Source of the DNA: Candidatus Dojkabacteria bacterium
Lineage (GTDB): Bacteria > Patescibacteriota > Dojkabacteria > SC72
Direction: 5' to 3'
Length of the DNA stretch: 64,000 bases
Assembly (NCBI GenBank): GCA_040765985.1
Contig: JAXGRK010000001.1
Span: forward strand, 8,513-72,512
Part shown: positions 31,497 to 42,701 of the stretch, one piece after another
Position numbering within the stretch: position 1 is the first letter of the stretch
Layout: every line of letters starts with the position of its first letter
Position numbers and translations under genes: made by a program
The notes under the pieces: generated by a model
What the model was told of the DNA's origin: nothing
The model's database searches: none
What the model saw: the letters and a program-made list of their open reading frames with translations, nothing else

Positions 31497-32414
31497 TTAA
31501 TTTGGGTTTAAAGTCCCATTTGAGTTATAAATTGTATAATCGAATAGGGATGAGTAACCCATGTTATTTACACTTGGGATAACAACCTGTTTTTCTCTAG
31601 TATCACCTTTACATGTAACTTTTGCCCTAACTACATAGTTACTAAAAATATCACCACACTGCGCATTTGGAATAACTGCTACCCCTAATTTCTCTTTCAA
31701 AGGAAGTAACCTAAATTCATAAAGAGAGTTTTGTGCAAGAGAGTACATATCAAGAGTCATAACATCACCCGAAGAGAAGTACCCAGCAATAGAGTCCGTT
31801 GGAGCTACAGATGGAGTACTACAATCTCCTAAACAGTACAATTGCATATCCTCAAGCTTGTAAGGAGTTACATTAACTCCATCCATATATACATATTTAG
31901 TAGTAAAAAGATGATCCCCATCGCCCCTTGTAGTTAAGTTTAAATCAACCTTACAACCATCCGGTACTGTTACATTTGATGTATTTAAAGCAACAACATC
32001 TCCAACATTGTATTCTATAACGGAAGTTTCATCTGCATAAGAGAGCGTAACTTCCAAAGACGAACCCGTTTCTGGTGGTTCACACCAACCAGTTATAGTA
32101 CCCACCCCATCAAGTATACTTGTGTCTATCTCACCATCACTTAAAAATACTTTTAATGCAGATATGTTATCAAATCTCTTGGGATTTTCAGTACTTAAAG
32201 TAGCAGTCATTAGTGATTGTGTAGAAGGTAAATCGGCTGATACAAATACATCTAATAAGCTATCTGCTTGTTCTAATGCCCTTTGAGACTCTCTAGTATC
32301 AACAATCTCTGCTGAATTCCTAATCATTCTTGAATACAAAGAGGCCCCAATCACAGTAGCAACTACAAGAACTATCATAATTATTGCTATTGCCTGTCCT
32401 GAGTATTTTTTCAT
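31497..32414 (-). CDS. PilX-like minor pilus protein
   Basis: The likely start MKKYSGQAIAIIMIVLVVATVIGASLY gives a PilX_N-like hydrophobic N-terminus without Glu5. It lies directly after three prepilin-type genes. Confidence 0.55.
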   Translation of the reverse strand: MKKYSGQAIAIIMIVLVVATVIGASLYSRMIRNSAEIVDTRESQRALEQADSLLDVFVSADLPSTQSLMTATLSTENPKRFDNISALKVFLSDGEIDTSILDGVGTITGWCEPPETGSSLEVTLSYADETSVIEYNVGDVVALNTSNVTVPDGCKVDLNLTTRGDGDHLFTTKYVYMDGVNVTPYKLEDMQLYCLGDCSTPSVAPTDSIAGYFSSGDVMTLDMYSLAQNSLYEFRLLPLKEKLGVAVIPNAQCGDIFSNYVVRAKVTCKGDTREKQVVIPSVNNMGYSSLFDYTIYNSNGTLNPN

Positions 32415-32454
32415 ATTATTTATATTACAAATATAATAATAAATTATCAATTTA

Positions 32455-33159
32455 CTAATATCGTGTCAATGCTTCTGTTGATATAACAAGCTGTCTTGAG
32501 ACATCTCTGGTTACTGGAAAGGCATCTGAAACAGGCCAAAATAGTGGTGTAACAGTTGAGTTTATAACAAACATACTATTCTTATCATCCCCTATATCAA
32601 CATACTGTATAGTAAAATCTTTAACATCCACTGAAAAAGAATTTAAAATTGTAATAACTGCATTCTGATCAAAACAAACAGAGTGATCCGTAAGATTTGG
32701 ATTAGTTGCCTTAACTAAATATCCATATCCATTCGCATCTTTAAAATATCCTAAACATGTCCAAACTGGAAAACCGTAAATTTTTACATGTATTTCATTC
32801 CCATTGTATGTACTTGTATCTCCAATAGATATTAAATCTTCCCCATAAATATCACCTATATTAGAGATATCCGTAGTCAGTATCATAGGCAAACCAGATT
32901 CAACAGAAAATGTTCTTTCTAATGATGAATTGTAAAGATACACATCATCTAACTGTGCATTAGAAACACTTCTGTTAAATATATCCATCATGTAATTAAT
33001 ATCACTTCGGGCTAAGTTTTTACTGTTCGCAGTATTAGAGGCCTTAATTACCGTATTTAGGGTGGTTGCAACAAGTATCATTACTACAGAAAGAATCATG
33101 ATAGTAAGAAGCATTTCTACTAAACTAAATCCCATATATTTTAAATATTTCTGTTTCAT
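32455..33159 (-). CDS. Type IV minor pilin (PilW-like)
   Basis: Prepilin signal KYMG|FSLVEMLLTIMILSVV with Glu at +5. Confidence 0.75.
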   Translation of the reverse strand: MKQKYLKYMGFSLVEMLLTIMILSVVMILVATTLNTVIKASNTANSKNLARSDINYMMDIFNRSVSNAQLDDVYLYNSSLERTFSVESGLPMILTTDISNIGDIYGEDLISIGDTSTYNGNEIHVKIYGFPVWTCLGYFKDANGYGYLVKATNPNLTDHSVCFDQNAVITILNSFSVDVKDFTIQYVDIGDDKNSMFVINSTVTPLFWPVSDAFPVTRDVSRQLVISTEALTRY

Positions 33160-33164
33160 ATTCT

Positions 33165-33692
33165 TTACTTATTTATAACTGCTAAATACGAATAGTCCCT
33201 AACATCACTATCTGTTGTAGCTTGACCATCTACCCTTTTAGAACCAACAATAATTTCAACTATTATCTTGTCAACGTCATTGCTAGATACACAAAATATC
33301 CTAAAATAATGACTATCTAAATCGTTTGGATTTACCAATCGAGTTTTATAACTATCTCGATTTCTCACGAGATCTTCCTTAGTAGATACAGGATTTATAT
33401 CTATCTGATCACTATCCTGTGTACTAAATCCATAACAAGAAGTTTCAGCTAAATCTCTAAATTGCTTATCTTCCTCTGGTAATGTTGCATCCCTTATCGC
33501 AATTTTTTGTAAGTCTACTGCGGTAGATACCGCGTGTGCTGCTAGCGCATCTTGAATGTCTAACTGGTGTAATTTTTGTAGAGTAGAAGCCGAAATACCC
33601 ATTAGTACAACACCCACTATACCGGATACTGATATTGCTATCAGTGCTTCTACAAAGCCCAATCCTTTATATTTTTTCTTTAATATTTTCAT
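33165..33692 (-). CDS. Type IV minor pilin (PilV-like)
   Basis: Prepilin-like N-terminus KKYKG|LGFVEALIAISVSGIV. Confidence 0.7.
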   Translation of the reverse strand: MKILKKKYKGLGFVEALIAISVSGIVGVVLMGISASTLQKLHQLDIQDALAAHAVSTAVDLQKIAIRDATLPEEDKQFRDLAETSCYGFSTQDSDQIDINPVSTKEDLVRNRDSYKTRLVNPNDLDSHYFRIFCVSSNDVDKIIVEIIVGSKRVDGQATTDSDVRDYSYLAVINK

Positions 33693-33735
33693 TTATTCTC
33701 GATAAGAGTTAATTTCGCCCTTAATACCATATCTC

Positions 33736-34542
33736 TCATATGCTACCCCATTTAATTCTATACAATTTTCCCCCCTCGACACATCCAGGATCTAAACTTG
33801 AATACACATGATGAATTACCGTACCAGAAACAGGATAAACAGAGATTAAATCAAATTTAGAACTATAATCTCTGTTAAATACAATATCTAATACTTCAAC
33901 TCGATCCAGAGTATTACCAATATAATCACCATTAGTTGCATAATTAAGAAGAGTACCACCGTTATCATAAAGAAATGCTCTTCCGGTAATTGCTTCAAAT
34001 ACCAAATATCTTGCATCACTTATTATCTCAATATTATCTACTTCTGTAAGAATATTACTCATAATATCTTCTTGGGTATAAACCAATGAATTCTTACCAT
34101 CAACACAATTGGTGGTCGTATTTAGTGGAAGATATCCATTTTGATACAATGGGTCATAATTTTGTGTTATTCGATAACCGACAGGATTATTACTATCCCA
34201 ACTTAAAATTTTTGATTTAGTAATTTCGTTTCCAAAATCTTCAAAAGGAGAGCACCATTTAAAGAAAAGTGATCTGTTATTAGTAGGTTGGGCATATTTT
34301 TCGAAATCTATTCCTATTCCATATATCCAATTACTATCATCTCCCTTTTTGAATAGCATTGCCTTTAACCTAGCACTACGAATATCTTGCTTAATTGTTT
34401 CAACCGTCTCTCTGGCTATCATTGTTTCTCTTGTACTTAAATAGCCGCCAAAACCCATTGCTCCAAGAATTATAAAGATTGCAATAACAACTAGAAGCTC
34501 TAAAAGAGTATAGGATTGAAATCTTTTCATCATACTTTTCAT
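33736..34542 (-). CDS. Type IV minor pilin (FimT/GspH-like)
   Basis: MKRFQS|YTLLELLVVIAIFIILG: a class III signal with Ser instead of Gly at -1. Confidence 0.65.
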   Translation of the reverse strand: MKSMMKRFQSYTLLELLVVIAIFIILGAMGFGGYLSTRETMIARETVETIKQDIRSARLKAMLFKKGDDSNWIYGIGIDFEKYAQPTNNRSLFFKWCSPFEDFGNEITKSKILSWDSNNPVGYRITQNYDPLYQNGYLPLNTTTNCVDGKNSLVYTQEDIMSNILTEVDNIEIISDARYLVFEAITGRAFLYDNGGTLLNYATNGDYIGNTLDRVEVLDIVFNRDYSSKFDLISVYPVSGTVIHHVYSSLDPGCVEGGKLYRIKWGSI

Positions 34543-34622
34543 GGACAGTTTTTAATAAGTATAGATATATATAATTTAACAAATATTTGTGAACTACTCA
34601 ATAGATTTGAAAAGTGAAGTCT

Positions 34623-35391
34623 CTATCCTAGCAAGAATATTCTGTTTAGAATATCTGTAACTGGCTGATTAAATAGAAATAGTAGTACTAAAGAGCCGTA
34701 CATAAAGGGGAGTAGGGGTATCTGGGATTTAAGTGAGGCATTTTTAAGTATGATATTTACAATTGAAAAAAGGGAAGTAGATATTAGAAATATATATATA
34801 AATCCTGTATATAAAGTAATATCTAAAAAGATACTCAACCCTATTAGTACTAAAATATCACCTATACCGAATGGTTTTTTCATAATTTTCCCTATGGCAA
34901 GTATAAAGATAAAGAGTATCAATCCAATGATAAGGGCTGTTTGTGGTATAGAATTTTCAATTAGTAAAGTGACGAAGAAGAAAAAACAACAGAGAATATT
35001 AAAAATGTATTTACCAATATTTGGGGTACTCCTTTATATATCCTATCAAAGTACGAAAACGAGAAAAAAATATCAATACTATATATAAAATATATGGTAA
35101 GGAGAAAAAATATATACTACTAAAACCAACACCAAGAAGTATTTCAGATATTGGGTAATATATTGGTACTTTATATCCACATTTTGAACATTTACCTTTA
35201 AATATTATAAAAGATATGACAGGTATTAACTCATATGAAGTTAAATACTTTCCACACTTCTCACAGTGAGAGCCCTTAATAAAGATATCTGGATATTTAT
35301 ATCCATTATCTATTCTATATAGTAGGGCGTTAAAAAAACTGGCTAGTACTAAGCCAAGTATAAATGTTAAGAATGTAAAATATATATGCAT
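34623..35391 (-). CDS. pilD: Prepilin peptidase PilD (A24 family), split by a frameshift
   Basis: ORF 35011-35391 holds the N-terminal domain with CEKCG...CSKCG. ORF 34623-34922 holds the C-terminal A24 half (FGIGDILVLIGL). They are bridged near 35000-35020. Confidence 0.85.
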
Positions 35392-35420
35392 TACATATTA
35401 TACATATCTATTATAGGAGA

Positions 35421-35442
35421 AACCCCCTCAGAGGAGGGGGTT
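35421..35442 (-). terminator. GC-rich hairpin between pilA and pilD (possible attenuator or terminator after the major pilin gene)
   Basis: aaccccctc-agag-gagggggtt forms a 9-bp stem in otherwise AT-rich DNA. Downstream on the minus strand is TCTCCTATAA, only a weak U-tract. Confidence 0.45.
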
Positions 35443-35468
35443 ATTTTCATAAATAAGATTGTCAATTT

Positions 35469-36041
35469 TTAATTCGTATATGTTCCAGTATTGTTACCAA
35501 AATCATTAGTTTCGTTACTCCAATCTTGAATTGACATCCATGTAGCAGCAGTACTCGTACCTGGGAAACCATCTGTAGGAACATCAGCATCAATGTCTTT
35601 AGAATCAATACCTGCAGCTGAAGGAACTGTTGCGTTGATACCATTTCCTGTACAATAGTAACCTCTTTCATCTTCATCTCCTACCCCTCCAAGAGACACA
35701 CAAACTACTGCTGATTTAGTATCTGTCCAATAGTAAAATGTTGTATCTGTTCCACCTTCAAATTCCCCAGCAGAAAGGTATTCCTCTAAACAGGGGTCTC
35801 CACAAGCGACATCATTTGCTAAAGCTGAATCCCAATCAGTAACTTCCGGATACTCTCTAAAATCGGTCATATATGCTTGAGCTGCGACAAATAATTTGTC
35901 AGCTGCATCTTGATGTGCAACATCGTTTGCCCTATTGATTGCAAACCTACCTGCAGTAATACCTACCGCCATAAGTATAATGATTATACCCATTACGATA
36001 AGCATTTCTACTAGCGTAAAACCTGAATATTTTCTATTCAT
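35469..36041 (-). CDS. pilA: Type IV major pilin candidate (PilA)
   Basis: MNRKYSG|FTLVEMLIVMGIIIILMAVGI is a canonical class III signal with Glu5. 190 aa with Cys pairs in the C-terminal region, followed by a strong hairpin. Confidence 0.85.
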   Translation of the reverse strand: MNRKYSGFTLVEMLIVMGIIIILMAVGITAGRFAINRANDVAHQDAADKLFVAAQAYMTDFREYPEVTDWDSALANDVACGDPCLEEYLSAGEFEGGTDTTFYYWTDTKSAVVCVSLGGVGDEDERGYYCTGNGINATVPSAAGIDSKDIDADVPTDGFPGTSTAATWMSIQDWSNETNDFGNNTGTYTN

Positions 36042-36079
36042 AGTGTTTAATAAAAAATATAATAATTTATATATATAAG

Positions 36080-37319
36080 TTATACGAATAAATTCATAAA
36101 GTCAACAACCATACCCATTACCTCTGAAAGTTGGAACATAGGCATATATATACCTAAAGATATGAAAGCAATTGCCAAACCCATCAATATTAAAAATACC
36201 GGTTCCAATATTGTAGACATATTTTCAGTAGCAACATCTACCTCGTCTTTGTAATACTCTGCAACCTTTGCTAAAACATTATCTAACTCTCCAGTCTCTT
36301 CCCCAACCGCTATCATACTACTTACAATTAGAGGGTAGTATTCACTTCTTGCAATTGGTAAGGCCAAAGAGCCACCTTTCTCAACCTCTCTTTTTGCTTC
36401 TAAAACTACCTCTTTAAACATTCTATTGCTTAATGATAGGGCAGTTAGATCTAACGCTTTTATTATTGATAACCCACTACTAAGAAGTAACCCTAACAAT
36501 CTAGTGAATTGAGCAATCTGCATCTTAGTAATGATGATACCAACAATAGGCATTTTAACTAATAATCTGTCCTTAGTTCGTGCACCCCTAGGAGTATCAA
36601 CCCATACCTTAAAACCGATTACCATACCTAAAATCACAATTATTAGAGCCCACCAATACCCAACAAAGAAATTACTCATATCCATTAAAAACTGTGTTAT
36701 CCATGGTAACTCAGCATCAAACTCAGAATATATGTCACTCATAGAAGGTACTAAAACAAACATCATTAAAAGCATTACTCCTACAATAACAACTAATAAA
36801 ATCATAGGGTAGGTAAGTGCTCCTTTTAATTTTGCCTTCAGTTTTTTACTTTCCTCTAACTCAACGGCCAATTTATCTAAAATCTCGTCTAAATTACCAC
36901 TAGATTCCCCTGCTTCTATAAGATTGATAGCAACATCATCAAATACTTCATCTGCTTGTCTAAATGATTCTGCTAAACTTTTACCTGACTCAAGAGATAT
37001 TCTTACCTGAGATACTATCCTTCTAAAGGCAGCATTTGAAACTTGTTGTTCCATTACTTGTAAGCCCCTACTTAAAGGCAACCCAGCACCAACCATAGTA
37101 GCAAGCTGTCTCATAAATATTACTTTCTTTCATAGGAATACCTCCTATGTTTATCTGTCCAAGCTCTTCCCAATCTATTGTGGCTTGCTCTTTTATACTT
37201 ACTACAACCAACCCCTTATCTTGGAGAATTTCAGCCAATGCTTCTGCATCTCTTGCCTCAAGTTTGCCACTTATTTCTTTCCCTTTATTATCTCTTGCCG
37301 AGTAATTAAATTTTGCCAT
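36080..37319 (-). CDS. pilC: Type IV pilus platform protein PilC (GspF family), one frameshift
   Basis: ORF 37068-37319 (MAKFNYSARDNKGKEISGKLEA) joins ORF 36080-37114 (RQLATMVGAGLPLSRGLQVM...) near 37110-37130. Two T2SSF repeats. Confidence 0.9.
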
Positions 37320-37320
37320 A

Positions 37321-38442
37321 TTAACTCTTTAATAATCTTAATACTTCTTCAGGAAATACTGCGTACTCCTGAGCTTTTTGAACAGATATAACTCCCTCTC
37401 TAACCAGATTCACCAAAGATTTCTCCAAAGAGACCATACCTATATCAGAACTTGTTCTAATTACATTATCAATTTGATGTGTTTTACTCTCTCTAATCAA
37501 ATTCCTTATTGCAGGATTAGCAATCATAATTTCTGAAACAGCCCTTCTTCCTCCTTTATCTAAAGGAATCAATCTCTGAGCAACAATCGCTTCTAAAATA
37601 TTAGAAAGTTGTAACCTAATCTGTGGTTGTTGATTGTTTGGAAATACATCAATCATTCTATCAACAGTTTGGGCAGAATTGTTTGTATGAAGTGTAGCAA
37701 ATACCAGATGACCTGTTTCTGCTAACGTAATTGCAGCTGCAATTGTTTCATAATCTCTCATTTCTCCAACCAAAATGACATCAGGATCCTGTCTAAGTGC
37801 ACTTCTTAAAGCAATAGACCAAGAGTGCGTATCATCATTCATTTCCCTTTGATCTATTAAAGATTTTTTACCTTCAAATACATATTCAATAGGGTCTTCA
37901 ATTGTTACTATATGAGCAAATCTTGTTGTATTAATTTCTTCCAATATTGCAGCTAATGTAGTACTTTTACCATGTCCTGTTGGACCAGTTACTAAGATAA
38001 ATCCCTGCTTTAATTGTGCAAATTGGTGATATATGTTTGGCAACATAAGCTCATCTAGATTCCTTACTCGAGAAGGAATAAGACGAAACGCAGCGGCCAT
38101 ATTCTTCATCGTGTAATAGGCATTTATTCTAAACCTAGCAGGCATATCTCCCTCATGGAAGTATGCTAAATCGACCTCTCTGTTTACCTCTAGTAACTCT
38201 TTTTTCTCGTCTGTAAGAATAGGGAGAATTAACTTCTCTGCATCTTCGGGAGTAATTACCTTATCACTAATCTCTTTAAGCTCTCCATCAATTCTAATAA
38301 TTGGAGGGTATCCTACTGAGATGTGTAAATCCGAAGCGTTGTTTTGAATTGCATATTTTAAAAGTCCATCTATTTCTGTAGTTTCAGACAAAATTACAGG
38401 TGACTGTTGCATATCAGAATCATCATCAATAGGGGTCGCCAA
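37321..38442 (-). CDS. pilT: Twitching-motility retraction ATPase PilT
   Basis: ASDLHI, GPTGHGKSTTLAAIL, VTIEDPIEYVF, QDPDVILVGEMRD and TGHLVFATLHT. The start is either the TTG at 38442 or the ATG at 38412. Confidence 0.92.
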   Translation of the reverse strand: MATPIDDDSDMQQSPVILSETTEIDGLLKYAIQNNASDLHISVGYPPIIRIDGELKEISDKVITPEDAEKLILPILTDEKKELLEVNREVDLAYFHEGDMPARFRINAYYTMKNMAAAFRLIPSRVRNLDELMLPNIYHQFAQLKQGFILVTGPTGHGKSTTLAAILEEINTTRFAHIVTIEDPIEYVFEGKKSLIDQREMNDDTHSWSIALRSALRQDPDVILVGEMRDYETIAAAITLAETGHLVFATLHTNNSAQTVDRMIDVFPNNQQPQIRLQLSNILEAIVAQRLIPLDKGGRRAVSEIMIANPAIRNLIRESKTHQIDNVIRTSSDIGMVSLEKSLVNLVREGVISVQKAQEYAVFPEEVLRLLKS

Positions 38443-38444
38443 AT

Positions 38445-38933
38445 TTACTTTCTTAGGATCTCTTTCAATGCCTTGGGTACTTTCTGGTCAGGAATAATAT
38501 CTTGTAAGTTATTATCAACAATATCCTTTAAAGTACCATCCGGATTGAGATTGTTAATAGGGTTCGCCTCTTGAATATTACTTAAATCTTCATTGGCCAT
38601 AGAGGGTATATTTAAAGTAGAAGGAGAGGGTAAAGGAATTTCTGGTTCCGGAATAACAGGTTGTTGGGTTTGCGGAACAGATTGAACCTGAGTATTTGTA
38701 TCAACCATTGGTTGTACTTGAGTTGAAGGAGCGGGAGGGGTAATATTTGAATTATTATCCCCATTCAAGCCATTTATTTGTGAAGCTAAATCTTGAAGTA
38801 TTTTTTCATCAGATGGAGAAGTTGTTGGTTGAACAACACTCGTTGTTGAGCTACTTTGAGAAACATTTGGTACCATACCCTGATTTATATCTGGATATGG
38901 AATTGTAGTATTTTGGGCAGTACTATTATCCAT
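38445..38933 (-). CDS. Low-complexity Pro/Gln/Thr/Asn-rich protein (162 aa)
   Basis: Intact ORF between pilB and pilT. Its stop lies 2 nt before the pilT TTG. No TM and no recognisable domain. Confidence 0.5.
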   Translation of the reverse strand: MDNSTAQNTTIPYPDINQGMVPNVSQSSSTTSVVQPTTSPSDEKILQDLASQINGLNGDNNSNITPPAPSTQVQPMVDTNTQVQSVPQTQQPVIPEPEIPLPSPSTLNIPSMANEDLSNIQEANPINNLNPDGTLKDIVDNNLQDIIPDQKVPKALKEILRK

Positions 38934-38985
38934 TGTTTTTTATTATATCCTAAAATTTATTCCTTTGACACTCTAAGGACTTCCT

Positions 38986-40754
38986 CTATTGTAGTGACCC
39001 TTCCAAAACCTTCAAGAAGCCATCTTGAATCATTGTAATCATACCGTTTTCTTTCGCTTCCCTTTCGATATCTTGAGCAGTAACATTCTGCATTATCATT
39101 CTACTAATTTTTTCAGTAATATCTAAGACCTCAAATATACCAATTCTACCAGAGTACCCAGAACCACCGCACCTATCACAACCCGCACCTTTGTAAATAT
39201 AAATGATGGGTTGCCCATCCGGTCCTACCTCAGGAACCTTAAGCACTGCAGAACCTTCCTCTGCCTTAGCTTTCTTCGCATTTATTACCTGTGTTAAATA
39301 TTTAACTAAATCAAAACTCTTTATCTCAGTAAGCGATTTAACTAAATCTTTTAACTCTTCCGTAGAAGCAGGAACTGCTTGAATACAGTGCGTACATATT
39401 CTTCTTGGTAAACGTTGAGCAGCCAAAACACGAAGTGTAGAAGCAAGTAGATACGGTTCCATACCCATATCTAGAAGTCTTGGTACCGCGGCAGGAGCAC
39501 TGTTAGTGTGAAGAGTTGAAAGTACTAAATGACCAGTAAGAGAGGCCTGAATAGCGAGCTCTGCAGTTTCTTGATCTCTAATCTCACCTACCATTACCAC
39601 ATCAGGGTCTTGTCTTAATACAGATCTTAAACCATTAGCAAATGTTAATCCGACATCTGGATTTATTTGTACCTGGGTAACACCAGGGACTCTGATCTCA
39701 ACTGGATTTTCTAAAGAGATGATGTTGACACTTGGATCATTTACTTTAATAAGGGAGCATGCAAGCGTTCGAGTCTTACCACTACCAGTAGGTCCAGTAA
39801 CTAAAACAATACCGTTGGTTACACTAAGAGCATCTAAAAATATCTTGTAAGCATTACCCCTCAAACCAGTTGATTCCAATGTAATACCAGAAGTATCTGA
39901 TTCGAGTAAACGCATAACTATCTTCTCTCCATAAATCATTGGCATCACAGATACACGAATGTCTACTTTGACATTTTTAACTTTAACTTGAAATCTACCA
40001 TCCTGAGGAACTCTCTTTTCATCTATTTTCAAATTAGACATTATCTTAACACGAGAAATAACTGCAGGACCAAGTGTCTTTGGTAAAGAAAGTCGCTCTG
40101 TCATCATTCCGTGTATTCTAAACCTAACTCTAAGACGACTCTCCATTGGCTCTATATGTACATCAGAACTTTTAGAGGTAACAGCATACTGCATTATCGA
40201 GTTTACTATTCTAGCAACAGGAGCATTCTTTAAATCAATACTATCTATTAAGCCAGGATCTTCACTAATTTCTTGAACAGGTACATCAACATCTTCCAAT
40301 GCTTCCGTAACCTCAGTACTCATTACATCACCAATCCTTCTGTCAAGAATGAAGTTAACACCATCTTCTGTTGTAATATATACAACCAATTTAGTGTTAG
40401 ATGGATATTTTCTTTGAAGTGCCTGTGTTGCCTGAATATCAAAAGGATCAACCATAGCAAGCTTTACATAATCATCACCTCTTTCAAAGGGTACAGTCCT
40501 ATACTTTCTTAAATTGTCAATGGGAACTTCTGCAATGATACTCTCGGAAACACTCGCTTCAGTTAAATCAACATAGGGTATATTGAACAAAGCAGATTTC
40601 GCCTTAACAATTGCTAGTTCGTCTGCAAGTTTCATCTCTTATGATAGATTCCTCACTCTTAGGAGATCTACTTCTTTCTACCTGTACACGGATAGCATCT
40701 GTGTCAGTAATAACTCCTTGTTTTTGTAAATATGTAAGCAGTGTTTCTCGAGCC
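38986..40754 (-). CDS. pilB: Type IV pilus extension ATPase PilB (GspE family), one N-terminal frameshift
   Basis: GPTGSGKTRTL, LENPVEI, RQDPDVVMVGEIRD, TGHLVLSTLHT, and the C-terminal zinc motif CTHC...CDRCGGSG. The GTG at 40754 gives MARETLLTYLQKQGVITDTDAIRV, which joins ORF 38986-40635 near 40640. Confidence 0.92.
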
Positions 40755-40833
40755 ACAATTTATAAGCCAGTAAATTAATCTTAGATAATAATAACAGTAT
40801 CACAAATTACTTGCACGACCTATAACTTGATAT

Positions 40834-41890
40834 TTATCTATCTGAGTAATACCTTACCCTCCTATATAAATCTAAAACTCTAACAAGCATATATTTAACT
40901 CTAGAGTAGGGGAAATCCATACATCTTTGATATCTTACTAGATAACCCCCAAAGCCCCTCTTAAAATTTGAATAACCATATCTTGGTGCTGTGGGCTTGT
41001 ATTTCTCATCAGGTAGTACATCCCAAGAATTAAAAATATTTAAATCCCTCTGCCTGTGCTTGTAAAATACATTCCCATCTAAGTAACATTGGTGCTCTTA
41101 ATTTACTTTCGATACCTGTTTGACAGCTATACAAGCAGGATACTTCATCTCCAAAAAGGACAGTACTAACATTGCAAGTGGTTGACCTTTGTATTCCGCT
41201 ATTGCTAAGCGTATCTCATTATCATTTCCCAAATATTCAAACTGTTTAATATAGTATTGTGAATTGTTAATAACAAAATCCTTTTATCTGAACTCTCCTG
41301 TAAATATTTTGTAAAGAGTTCCCACTCATTAACATCTTTAGAAAATCTTACTGTAACACCAGACCTTTTTGCTTTACGAATATATGTGGGATAGTTTTTT
41401 CCCATACCGTGTTCTAAACACCATTTCATTTGATCATCTTGGGTACCCTGAACTAAATCTAAAAACCAAGGCGTCTCTGGTTGAACATAGTTAATACATT
41501 TTTGAAAGCCTCCATACTTAGTGGTACCTCTGAAACAGAATTACTACTTTGTATGCTAGGATCTATCTTCAAAAAAAGATACTCTTTATCTTTAAAATAC
41601 TCCCTTAACTTGTTTAACACATCTTCGTACACAATTCTGCTTATCTCTTTTAATATTGGACCTCTTGAGCAGTATATATATTTCCCAAATGTTTGAGATA
41701 CTTCATAACAGTAGGCAGTAGCTATCAATTCATCTCCGTTGTAAAAGCCCAACCTATATGTTTTTCTTCCTAAACCACTTTCTTGATAAATACTCCAATT
41801 ATACGATTGCATAAAATTACAGTTAGGACTACGCTTAACAAAATCATCAAAAACCTTTTGTTTATCCAACTCTTTGATATCTAAATTCAT
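40834..41890 (-). CDS. FemAB-family peptidoglycan bridge aminoacyltransferase, fragmented
   Basis: ORF 41459-41890 reads NFMQSYNWSIYQESG...YCSRGPI (FemAB N-terminus). 41205-41429 and further fragments continue in other frames. The end coordinate is uncertain. Confidence 0.7.
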
Positions 41891-41936
41891 TCGTATATAT
41901 GATTAATTTAACTGTTTTTATGATAAAATCTAATAT

Positions 41937-42614
41937 ATGACATACCTTATTCTAGGAAATAATCAAGAAAATATAAAGGAGGAAGTAAAAAGATTGATTA
42001 GTAAGCTTTGGGAAAAGCAATTTGATTTTGATACTGCTTCAAACAACCCAGATATGCATATCCTCAAATCTAAAAATATTAAAAGTATAGGAATTCAAGA
42101 TGTTAAAGATTTACAAAATGAAATGATATTCTCTCCATATTTAGAAAAAGTACAAATAGCACTAATTCCCCAAGCCGAGAAATTAACCACTGAAGCACAA
42201 AACTCACTCCTAAAAGTTCTTGAAGATGGTTCCGATAGCAACGCATATATACTCACTACTAGTAGTGAAAAAGTATACTACCAACTGTTCTTTCTAGATC
42301 AATGAAAATATATTTAAAGGATGGAAAGATAGAAAGAGCAGAGTATACTTACCATACAATTCTACAAAAAACTCTACTTGAAGCATTTGTAGAGATAGAA
42401 AAGATCTCAAAAGACAAAGTAGAAAACTGAAGAATTTTTAAGAGATTTAGAATTTTACTACCAAGATATTTTGAAAGAGAATATTAAAGAGGGTAAGGGT
42501 ACACAATCTGTTTTATATTATATAAAACAGATTCTAAAAACAAGAGACAGAATTAGTGCAAATGGAAACAAAAGATTGTTACTTGAGAATCTTTTTCTTG
42601 TATTAACATCATAA
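41937..42614 (+). CDS. holB: DNA polymerase III delta-prime-like clamp-loader subunit, frameshifted
   Basis: PDMHILKS...IGIQDVKDLQNEM...AQNSLLKVLEDGSDSNAYILTTS. The frame is lost near 42290. The end is approximate. Confidence 0.6.
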
Positions 42615-42701
42615 TTTGACTATTCACTTTCTGCCCTATAATATATAGAATATACATTGGGCTTAAAAAATATTGTACTTACTAATTTAAAAATATAGAT
42701 A

